A DNA stretch of 64,000 nt, taken from positions 64,001 to 128,000 of IMG/VR virus record IMGVR_UViG_3300036766_002288. The stretch is one strand, 5' to 3'. The stretch comes from a virus. Made by a program: the position numbers and the translations under genes. How positions within the stretch are numbered: the first letter of the stretch is position 1; every line of letters begins with the position of its first letter. Under the pieces are notes generated by a model. It was not told the origin of the DNA. It did not search any database and saw nothing but the letters and a program-made list of their open reading frames with translations. This document shows, piece after piece, positions 55,869-64,000 of the stretch.

Positions 55869-57142
55869 ATCTTATTCCAATAGCTGTAAAACTTGAGAGT
55901 TTACTACAAGCTGGTGCTTATGTTTTTATAAGCATAGAACCTGCTATCGTAGACTTTACGCGCAATAACATTTCTTTTAAATTCAAAATACTTACTGAAC
56001 TAGGGGACATGACCCTTGAAATGAAGGATGATTTTCTTGAAATCTTAGAGTTTGCCAAAACAGCGATTTTCAATAATAAGGAAATTATGATTATTGGCTG
56101 GGACTTGAAGAATTTGTTTAGTACGGTTTTGTTTAAGACAGGTAGTCAATTTGAAATTGAGAATAAGTTTCTAGATTTGAAGGTTGCGGAACATTTCATA
56201 GGCATTAGAGAGAAGCCACCTACTGACTTTTCCGAGATGAAGGCACGGGTTAAAGTTCTCTTTGCAGATTCATCTTGGCCTAAGTTCAAGCAGATTTACC
56301 AAAAGATTTACTTACCGTTAATTACTGAAGTCATACCTTCCATAGAGTGTGAAGGTATGCTTGATTCCAAAGACCGAAAGATGCTTTATCCTTACTATGA
56401 AATCGAAGGACAGGTGAATGGCAGGCTGTCCTGTAATTTGGCTTATGAAAACTGCATTAACCCACATTCAATGTCTCAAGAACAGAAGGCAATATTATTG
56501 CCAAAAGGTAGGGATTGTTCGTTTTTAAGCTTTGACTTTAATTCAATGGAGGTTTGTACACTTGCTTGGTTGAGTGGGGATGAAGAGTTGAAGGCGATGG
56601 TCAATGGAGATTTTTATAGGTCTTTGTTTAAACTGATTTCTGGCGCGGAGTGTGATACGGATGAGAAAAGAGGATTTTGTAAAAAGATATTCCTGCCTGT
56701 ATTTTATGGAGAATCTGCTAAGGAATTGGCAAAGAACCTTAATTTTAGTGTGGAAACAGCGTATAAAGTAATTGGTAAATTAAAGGCATTATTCCCAAGG
56801 GTATTTTCTTGGGTTGATGAGTATGTTCACGAAAATGAATGTGTGGACTATTATGGGAGAAAAAGAAGATTTTCTTTTGAAGAGAGTTATAAATACAGAA
56901 ATTTCATAATTCAGTCACCTGCTGCTATAGTTTGCCTGGATAGGTTGGTAAGACTGCATCGCAACCTTGGCAGTTATGGTAAGTTGGTGGCTCATATTCA
57001 TGATGGTTACGTAGTAAAAGTCAGTGATGGTTATATAGAAATTGCTAAATCATTATGTCTTGATTCGTTACAATCAGATAGTTCGATATGTCCAGGGCTA
57101 AGTTTGAAGTCTAATTTCAAATTTGGTAAGACTTTAGCTTGA
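55865..57142 (+). CDS. Family A DNA polymerase-like protein with degenerate exonuclease domain
   Basis: GRLS, FDFNSME...A.LSGD..L, R..CK..F.P.FYG, NF.IQS.AA, HIHDG. Confidence 0.8.
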   Translation: MNLIPIAVKLESLLQAGAYVFISIEPAIVDFTRNNISFKFKILTELGDMTLEMKDDFLEILEFAKTAIFNNKEIMIIGWDLKNLFSTVLFKTGSQFEIENKFLDLKVAEHFIGIREKPPTDFSEMKARVKVLFADSSWPKFKQIYQKIYLPLITEVIPSIECEGMLDSKDRKMLYPYYEIEGQVNGRLSCNLAYENCINPHSMSQEQKAILLPKGRDCSFLSFDFNSMEVCTLAWLSGDEELKAMVNGDFYRSLFKLISGAECDTDEKRGFCKKIFLPVFYGESAKELAKNLNFSVETAYKVIGKLKALFPRVFSWVDEYVHENECVDYYGRKRRFSFEESYKYRNFIIQSPAAIVCLDRLVRLHRNLGSYGKLVAHIHDGYVVKVSDGYIEIAKSLCLDSLQSDSSICPGLSLKSNFKFGKTLA

Positions 57143-57198
57143 TTTAACAAATTTTTATAGTATTATATTTGGTTAGGCAAAATTTCTTTGGAGGTAGA

Positions 57199-57762
57199 GT
57201 GAACAACGGTATTTCTGATAGTTTTCCGATTTCTAATGAAGAATACATGAATTTGGATAAGGATTTTGGCAAGTTAGCTAAGAAACAGGCATGGGAGTTA
57301 TTGAGGAAAAACACAAAAAACAATCATACAGACGATTTTGAAGACGTTAATCAAGAAGTAATTATGGCATTGCTGAGAGCAGGTTCATATTACAAAAGGC
57401 AAATTTACATAGAAAATTGTTTAGAAGTGGCAAAATTATATGTTAAAGATGAGTTCATTGCAAAGATTGTTGAAGAATTAGGTAAGCTTTGGGAAAATAG
57501 AAAGCGTCACGGTGCAAATAGACAAAAATTTGGTCAACCACAAGAACAATTGCTAAGTAGGGTAATGAAGAAATTTGTGCCACCTTCTGCTCGTCCTGAC
57601 AAAAATGCTCCATTAAAAATAGACGAAAAGTTTGCAACTTATTGTAAAGCCATTACTTGGAATGCTCAAAAGAGCATGGGCAGAAAAATCACTAAGGAAA
57701 AAGTTCTTAGAACTGGTATGGCTAGTTTATCGGATTTTGATTATCTTGGGAACGAGGAGTAA
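57199..57762 (+). CDS. Divergent sigma-factor region-2-like protein (no region 4)
   Basis: FGKLAKK.AW..L...DFEDVNQEVIMALLRA ... KFATYC..I.WN; GGAGG SD. Confidence 0.55.
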   Translation: MNNGISDSFPISNEEYMNLDKDFGKLAKKQAWELLRKNTKNNHTDDFEDVNQEVIMALLRAGSYYKRQIYIENCLEVAKLYVKDEFIAKIVEELGKLWENRKRHGANRQKFGQPQEQLLSRVMKKFVPPSARPDKNAPLKIDEKFATYCKAITWNAQKSMGRKITKEKVLRTGMASLSDFDYLGNEE

Positions 57763-57769
57763 AATTAAC

Positions 57770-58012
57770 ATGAAATGGGATGATTATTTCGTATTTGGTG
57801 CATCAACTTTATTTTCTGGATGTGTTTCTGGGATTTTATCAGCAGCGAATCGGTATTTACCACTTTCTTGGGTCGCTGTTGGATTGGGTGCAGTAGCCGT
57901 TTTAGCTGTTTGGGTTGGGGTTTACGAGAAAAAGAGGCAAGAGAAAGCCTCGGCTGAGGAAGCGGCGGCTTTCAAAATTAGGATGGAGAAAATTGATGAA
58001 GAAGCGGTATGA
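57770..58012 (+). CDS. Small membrane protein
   Basis: Two TM segments, GAGGAG SD. Confidence 0.55.
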   Translation: MKWDDYFVFGASTLFSGCVSGILSAANRYLPLSWVAVGLGAVAVLAVWVGVYEKKRQEKASAEEAAAFKIRMEKIDEEAV

Positions 58013-58227
58013 TAGAGCGGAATACAAGAATAGAAAACTTCTAACTCCATACGATCATTGGGAAGATGTTTGGTCTGTATTTCAGGAAACCATTGATAGG
58101 GCTGGACTTGATAATTCAATGGGCGATTCTAATTACCTGATTGGCAGATACATATACGAAAAAACAAAGTACGACAAAAAAGAATTTATTGCTACTATTG
58201 AACAATATCTTAAAGAGAATGAAGCAC

Positions 58228-58785
58228 ATGATTGAATATGTGGTAGTGTATGCGTATACAGTGAAACCTGGGAAGACCTATGTTCCACTGATTCTGAAAA
58301 AGAAGCCACCGCATTTGGAAGGTATGCTTAATCTTCCTGGGGGCAAGATAAATCTAGGTGAAGACCCTGTTGCTGCGGCATTAAGGGAGCTTAAGGAAGA
58401 AACTGGCCTGGAAGAAGTACAAGAATATGACCCAATGGTATATTGTCCATCTGAGTATATGGGCGTAATTAATGGTGGTACTTGCAATATTCATGCGGTC
58501 AAAGTTCCAGTTGTATTTCAAGATTTGAAACCAGGCCCAGATGAGATTGAAGAAGTTGGCTGGTTCCCCATTCCTGAATTGTATGAATTGCCTAATCTTA
58601 TGCCTAATCTTAGGGTTATGATGCCTTTGATTGAAAATGGTGTCAAGGGCTGGGTAATTTCAGATTTAGATGGCGGGTGGCGAGATTCAAGCCATCATAC
58701 GGTCAGACTTTTTATGGAGCATCTTGATAATCCTTGGGATATTGAAGTCAAGTCCGTTGGATATTTTAAGGGAGAACGAAAATGA
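58228..58785 (+). CDS. Nudix hydrolase
   Basis: PGGKINLGEDPVAAALRELKEETGL Nudix box. Confidence 0.92.
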   Translation: MIEYVVVYAYTVKPGKTYVPLILKKKPPHLEGMLNLPGGKINLGEDPVAAALRELKEETGLEEVQEYDPMVYCPSEYMGVINGGTCNIHAVKVPVVFQDLKPGPDEIEEVGWFPIPELYELPNLMPNLRVMMPLIENGVKGWVISDLDGGWRDSSHHTVRLFMEHLDNPWDIEVKSVGYFKGERK

Positions 58786-59852
58786 AATTTGATAATTTAA
58801 TTGCTGACTACGTTTTCCCTTTAAGGGATGCTCTTGAGACCATTATTGTTGGACAAAAGCACGTTATCAAACGTGTTGTTATGGCATTATTTGCCGTAGG
58901 TCAAAGAGACTTTTTTGCTGATGGCACTAAGTTTCTTGGCACTGGTCACGTCCTATGTGAAGGGGGCACAGGTACGGGCAAGACTGTAATGTGTAAAGCA
59001 TTGGCAAGGTTATTGGCTGGTAATAACAAACGTGTTAGCGGTATGCCTGATGCACTTGCTAGTGATATAACTGGTTGTGAAATTATTCTTCTAAACGGCA
59101 ATACTAAGACTGTTAGAGGTCCGCTTTTCTGCAATGTTATTTTAGCTGACGAAATCAATCGTTTCCCACCAAAGGCGCAAAACGCTTTTATTGAAGCCCT
59201 GGCAGAAGGGTCAGTTACGATTAGCAACGACACTTATCGTTTGGAGCAACCATTTTTCTGTTTAGCAACGCAAAATCCAACAGAACAAAAGGGTACTAGT
59301 CGTATTCAAGAAGCTCTTGCTGACCGATTTATGTTTAAGTTGGTAATGAGAGAGACTACGGAAGCGGAAAAAGTAGAGATTGCACGGAAGACCCACAATT
59401 TTGATTTGTCTGCATTGAAGCAGATTGTTGATAGTGATACGGTTTGTAAGATTAGAAATGAATTATTTGAACACACGTATGTCAGTGACCCGACACGTAA
59501 GTATTGTGCAAGGTTATTGCACGCTATTAATCATCCTGAACTATTTGGATTATTCACGGATGAACTTAAGACTTTGGGGACTGATCCATTGTTCAAGCAG
59601 CGTCCTGCTTTGAATGACCGTGCCATGTTGCATTTAGAAGGTGCGGCGATGATGGAAGCGGTCATGAATGGTAGGGATTATGTAACACCGTATGATGTGG
59701 TATCGGTTGCACCTGATGTATTTAGAGTTAGGTTGATCGTGTTTGATTCCTCGCTCCACCTTTTGACTTCGACATATCCAGAGAGGTATTTGGCTGAGAC
59801 TAAGTTGATTGACTACTTAATCAATGAGACTTTGAATAAGGTGGGAATGTGA
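58782..59852 (+). CDS. moxR: MoxR-family AAA+ ATPase
   Basis: IVGQ, HVL.EG.TGTGKT, ILADEINR.PPK.Q.A..EA..EG.VT, ATQNP.EQ.GT..I.EA..DRF. Confidence 0.92.
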   Translation: MKFDNLIADYVFPLRDALETIIVGQKHVIKRVVMALFAVGQRDFFADGTKFLGTGHVLCEGGTGTGKTVMCKALARLLAGNNKRVSGMPDALASDITGCEIILLNGNTKTVRGPLFCNVILADEINRFPPKAQNAFIEALAEGSVTISNDTYRLEQPFFCLATQNPTEQKGTSRIQEALADRFMFKLVMRETTEAEKVEIARKTHNFDLSALKQIVDSDTVCKIRNELFEHTYVSDPTRKYCARLLHAINHPELFGLFTDELKTLGTDPLFKQRPALNDRAMLHLEGAAMMEAVMNGRDYVTPYDVVSVAPDVFRVRLIVFDSSLHLLTSTYPERYLAETKLIDYLINETLNKVGM

Positions 59853-60027
59853 TTAAGTATGCTTGGAAATATGATGATGGTTCTTATTATGCTTGGTGTA
59901 GTTCTTGGGGATTCCATTGTCGTAGTATAGAGGCAGCACACCTTACCGACACTATTGAGGAGTGGGCTAGCTGTACAGCTGAGGGTAAGCCAGTTATGAT
60001 TGATGTGTTTGGTGAACTTAAATATCC

Positions 60028-60756
60028 GTGGAATCCGACCCGCAGAGAAATAATATGACACTGAATAATGGACAAGAAGTTAGAATCGCACTGAAATCAA
60101 GACCCCCTGACAACAAATGGGGTCTTTATGGAAGTGTTTATTGTGAAGAAGCAAAAACTTATCGCAAACGTCGTCTAATACTTCCTAAAGATTTTGTAAA
60201 AGGTCTATTCTACATGGAAGCTGGATGTGGAATGGACGGTTGGATGGGTGCAACAAGATTTCAAATTGATGAAGTAATAGGCGATGAAGCTAAGATTTCT
60301 GTTTATTCATTAGGAAATAAAAGCAGGGGAAAAAAAGATAAAATTATTCAAGTTGCGTGGCCGCACGAATTTATAGCCGATGAACAGTCAGATGAAGTTC
60401 TGTATGAACTTTATAAAAAAGGCGTTTTTGTAAAAGGTTATGCCCACAAAGAAGTTTCTTATTTCACAGAAAAGATGAAGGAACAAGACAAAATTACTAC
60501 TGACAAATATAGGCCACAAGTTGAGCAGGCTATTAAGGATGGTAAAGCCAAAATAGAATTTGAAATTTGTGAGGTTAGAGAAGGTATTGAATACTATCGT
60601 GCAAAATGTTATGTAGATGGTTTACATGTGCCGCCTGCATTTGGGTTTACTCGTAAAGACTCCATGTATGAGTCATATTGGGATGAATGTGTTATGTTGT
60701 TAGCCAGAGAATTAGGGTTTGTGCCAAAGAATGAGAGAGGATATTTTGTAGAATGA
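60028..60756 (+). CDS. Hypothetical protein
   Basis: 242-aa ORF between moxR and DUF58. Confidence 0.6.
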   Translation: MESDPQRNNMTLNNGQEVRIALKSRPPDNKWGLYGSVYCEEAKTYRKRRLILPKDFVKGLFYMEAGCGMDGWMGATRFQIDEVIGDEAKISVYSLGNKSRGKKDKIIQVAWPHEFIADEQSDEVLYELYKKGVFVKGYAHKEVSYFTEKMKEQDKITTDKYRPQVEQAIKDGKAKIEFEICEVREGIEYYRAKCYVDGLHVPPAFGFTRKDSMYESYWDECVMLLARELGFVPKNERGYFVE

Positions 60757-61127
60757 ATCATGAATGGCAGTTATTCGTCACGACTGAAAATTATGACTAT
60801 GGTGGGGTAGATTTCTATCATTGGTGCAAATGGTGTGGTTCTATGAAGAAAGTGCCTGGCAGAGTGGATAAGCAAACTATATTCTATCTTCCAGGGCGTA
60901 AATCCATACCAAATTGTGAGGAATGTGTGGGGGATATAAATGAGTGATTATTTAATCATTACAATGAAGGTCGTTCCTTACGATAACGTTTCCCCTGATA
61001 GTATTGAAAAGGAAATTGGAAACCAAACCACAAATTTACCCTGCAACAATCTTTTGTCTTGGGGTGGGTTGGGACCATTAGGAAAAATTTATGACGTGAA
61101 AGTTAGCCGTTCTCCTAAAGAATCATT

Positions 61128-61958
61128 ATGAAGAAGAATTTTCGTTCATTAGAACTGATAGCTAAAAAGTATTTAGATACTTTTTCTTCTGGTATTCACG
61201 GCACGCTTCTGAAGGATAGTCTCATCGAAGTAGATGTTATAAGGGAATATCAGCCTGGAGATAAAAGATTAGATTCTAAATCCAGTTTGAAAACTGGCAA
61301 AACAATGTCCAGGGTGTTCAATCCTGAACGGTCTCTTAATTTATTTATAATGTTGGATGTTAGTTCCTCCCAATATACGAAATTAGAGTCAGCGGTAATT
61401 ACCGCTCTCTACATGTCTTATTTGGGAGATATTTGTAACGAGAAGATAGGGTTATGTGTTTTTTCAGACCATGTTACTTCGGTTGTTGATGTAACAGACG
61501 ATTATTCTTCGGTTGTAGGCACAATAGAAAAGTCCTTGCAATCTTTGAAGATGGACTCGGTTACAAGCGTCAATGATGCCGTAAATAAAGTATCTAATTT
61601 GTTTTTATCAAATTCTTTGATTGTGCTTATATCTGATTTTTGTTATCCTTTGAATGATAAACTTTTGAATGATGTAAAAAAGATGGCATTATTGCCCACG
61701 AATAACTTTGTTAGTGTTGTGTTGCACAATCCTAATGATTGGATGTTATCGGTATCGGAATCTTTTAACATTACTTTGAAGGATGCTGAGAGTGGACAAG
61801 TTTCAAATTTTAATTTGAAATCAGCACAGGCTCAATATGATAAATGGCAAGCTAATTTGAAAACCAAGTTAGCTCGTTGTAATAGTGATGTTGTGTTTTT
61901 GAATGTCAAGGAAGAGAGATTTTTACTGCCATTGATAAAATATTTAATGAGGACTTGA
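61128..61958 (+). CDS. DUF58-family (VWA-like) MoxR partner
   Basis: REYQPGD..LD.KSS.KTG....F..ER......LDVSSS, IVLISDF. Confidence 0.88.
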   Translation: MKKNFRSLELIAKKYLDTFSSGIHGTLLKDSLIEVDVIREYQPGDKRLDSKSSLKTGKTMSRVFNPERSLNLFIMLDVSSSQYTKLESAVITALYMSYLGDICNEKIGLCVFSDHVTSVVDVTDDYSSVVGTIEKSLQSLKMDSVTSVNDAVNKVSNLFLSNSLIVLISDFCYPLNDKLLNDVKKMALLPTNNFVSVVLHNPNDWMLSVSESFNITLKDAESGQVSNFNLKSAQAQYDKWQANLKTKLARCNSDVVFLNVKEERFLLPLIKYLMRT

Positions 61959-61959
61959 T

Positions 61960-63483
61960 ATGAATTTTCTTGTATTGTTTACGTTGCTGTCTTTTATACC
62001 GCCTGATGATCCAATTATCGAACCTGCGCCTCCGAATCTTATTGCAGTACCGCCTGTAAAGGTGGTGCCGCGAGCGATGTTTAGTTTGGAAGATTTCCAT
62101 ATTTATGATGAAAAGCACAATCTACATGGATTGCCATTGACTCAAAAGATTTATGTAAGTGCCCCAAGTGACGAAGAAAAGAGACTTTTTATCAAGTTTG
62201 GTGAGAAACTTCCAGGCTTTACGGAGTTTTCGGTTATTGCCAACGGCATGAATAAGGACTTTAAGGGTTTGGTGCTTTTGTTCGACGAGAGGGGCAATGC
62301 TCTTAAGGCTTTAAATACTTGTTTGAAAGAAGGATATAGAGCCTTTCCTGTAGTAATTTATGACGATGTTGAGATGATTGTTCCTAATCAAGTAGTGGTC
62401 AGTATTCGGCCTAGTACTAGAAAGAGTGATTATTTTAAAAGATTGAATAAGGTGGCCGAAGGCAAGTTTGAAATTACAGAAATAGACAACAAAACTTTTT
62501 CTATTACTGCTAAAGAGATTGTCAATCCATCAAATATTTTAGTGTTATCGAATTTGATTTCACAAGATACTTTCTGGGTTAGTTGGGCATTGCCTGCTTT
62601 CGTACCATTGAATGGATATATTTGGGCTACAGCAACAATTGAAACACCGTCTTATACTAACCTTGGGCAGGAACGCATTCTGAAGGTGGATATTAGTGTA
62701 TTCGATCCTAAAATTGTTGTTAAGCTCGATTTGTTGCCACAAATGGGGCCAAGTTTGTATCCGTTTCCAAATGCTGGTGAAAATTGGCTTGATGTTAAAC
62801 CACCTCAAATCACAGAGACTGTTACTGCGACCAAGCGAGTAATTAGTATTTCATATCCATTTAGATATTTGCAGTTTGGCAATTTTGTATTTCAGCCAAT
62901 TGCGATATCCTATGAGAAGAATGGCAAGTTGATGCAAATAGGAACAAATACATGTCGGTTTGTCACTAAGAGTGTGATATTTGGCACTAATATCGAAGAC
63001 TTACAACCAGAGTCTTATTCTCCCAATTTAGCTATGTTGCCCGCTGTTAAGCCAGTACAGACTCAAAAAGAATATTTAGGCGTGTTGGCTGGCGATGCCA
63101 AGTTGATTGTAACAGGCTCGTTTGGTGTGGTTGGTGGAGTGTTGGTATTATTTTGGGCAGCTAGTTTACTTCCTATGTTGACTAGTATATTTAATAATAA
63201 TCCTGGTGAACATTTATGGGAGCAATTGGATGCATGTCTGGATTTAGACCTAGAGGAAGATTGGCATCATGCTTATACTGCGATATCTTCTAGTTTGAAT
63301 GCTGTGTTGGTCCGAGACTTTGGCGTATCCCTTTATTCTTTGACTCCTGAACACTGTACAGCGAATTTTTCAGAGTTGCTCGCTGAGTTGAACAAGTTGT
63401 ATATGTGCGAGGAACATGTAGAGCCAGACTTTAGTGTATTGGAACACTCATTGATAGAGTTCTGCCGAAAACGTGAAATATGA
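61960..63483 (+). CDS. Membrane-anchored protein, BatD-like position in the MoxR operon
   Basis: Signal peptide, C-terminal TM helix, context. Confidence 0.55.
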   Translation: MNFLVLFTLLSFIPPDDPIIEPAPPNLIAVPPVKVVPRAMFSLEDFHIYDEKHNLHGLPLTQKIYVSAPSDEEKRLFIKFGEKLPGFTEFSVIANGMNKDFKGLVLLFDERGNALKALNTCLKEGYRAFPVVIYDDVEMIVPNQVVVSIRPSTRKSDYFKRLNKVAEGKFEITEIDNKTFSITAKEIVNPSNILVLSNLISQDTFWVSWALPAFVPLNGYIWATATIETPSYTNLGQERILKVDISVFDPKIVVKLDLLPQMGPSLYPFPNAGENWLDVKPPQITETVTATKRVISISYPFRYLQFGNFVFQPIAISYEKNGKLMQIGTNTCRFVTKSVIFGTNIEDLQPESYSPNLAMLPAVKPVQTQKEYLGVLAGDAKLIVTGSFGVVGGVLVLFWAASLLPMLTSIFNNNPGEHLWEQLDACLDLDLEEDWHHAYTAISSSLNAVLVRDFGVSLYSLTPEHCTANFSELLAELNKLYMCEEHVEPDFSVLEHSLIEFCRKREI

Positions 63484-64000
63484 TTGATAATCCTTATTTC
63501 CTGCTGCTTTTCCTAGTATTTCTGGCGTATTTATACTTCTGGAAATCTAGGAAATTCTATTTCCGTCATCCTTGTATGGAAAATCTCTCAACTTATAATC
63601 CAAGATTATGGTTGAGATGGGAATTTTTCATGCTAATGGGTGCTGCGTTTCTGGTGATGGGAGCGTGTAATTTCGTCTGGAAGACCAAAGAGAGTTTTAG
63701 GGTTAGTTTAGTCCATAAGTATGTTTTGATTAATGATGGCAGTGGCTCAATGGTGGATTATAACAAGCCAAATGGCATCGGCAAAGAACTGACTTCTGTT
63801 TTATCAGGCAATGCCAAGTTATTTGAGTTCTTAGGCAAGCGGCAAGATGGTAGTAAGGACTTGGTTGGTGCCGTCGTATTTTCTAGTGACTCGTATGTAG
63901 TTTCATTCTTATCAGATGATCCAGAGTTTGTGCATAAGAAACTAAAAAGGGTGGATTATAGGCTTCCGCCTATGAATCAGGGGACATATGTAGGAATTGG
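63480..64000 (+). CDS. BatA-like membrane VWA protein, runs off the window edge
   Basis: Not in ORF track. MIDNPYFLLL (BatA N-terminus), TM, INDGSGSM (MIDAS DxSxS), DLVGAVVFS. Confidence 0.8.
   Translation, partial: MIDNPYFLLLFLVFLAYLYFWKSRKFYFRHPCMENLSTYNPRLWLRWEFFMLMGAAFLVMGACNFVWKTKESFRVSLVHKYVLINDGSGSMVDYNKPNGIGKELTSVLSGNAKLFEFLGKRQDGSKDLVGAVVFSSDSYVVSFLSDDPEFVHKKLKRVDYRLPPMNQGTYVGI

Noticed and set aside
1-64000. Diversity-generating retroelement, retron or CRISPR-Cas system
   Set aside because: No reverse transcriptase (YxDD context), TR/VR pair, cas gene or repeat-spacer array recognised.

Overview
AT-rich, gene-dense segment of a large (jumbo, T4-superfamily-like) bacteriophage genome read in the standard code. 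Bases 1-18 kb hold an SbcD/gp47-type nuclease and a long tRNA region: 16 tRNA or tRNA-like genes plus one 5' fragment. All carry Ser, Leu or Tyr anticodons except one probable Val. Four HNH endonuclease genes and small accessory ORFs are interleaved. The strongest signal is a 25-codon leader peptide (MFNLSVSLLSSLSSLLYSNAGRGTE) directly upstream of the tRNA array. Its 15 central codons are all decoded by tRNAs of the array. It overlaps a complete anti-antiterminator/antiterminator/terminator set and is followed by a boxA-like site. This looks like a ribosome-coupled attenuator that switches on phage tRNA genes when host Ser/Leu/Tyr decoding fails. Many of the tRNAs are structurally unusual: four Leu-anticodon tRNAs without a variable arm, a D-armless Tyr-like tRNA, two Ser tRNAs with a bulged acceptor stem, and two tRNAs with hairpin insertions in the anticodon loop. 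The window also encodes an RF1-type release factor reached through an RF2-style CUU-UGA-C +1 frameshift, a 9xKOW + L7/L12-like giant protein and Gly-rich fibre-like proteins. Further genes include a 2H phosphoesterase, metabolic genes (aceA, class V FBPase, nadE, pyrB, Sir2, AlkB, NT5C, Nudix, GSP-synthase module), a SET-domain protein, a UvsW-like helicase, two PolA-fold genes, a sigma-like gene and a MoxR/DUF58/VWA operon. All assignments come from reading motifs by eye; no database searches were run.
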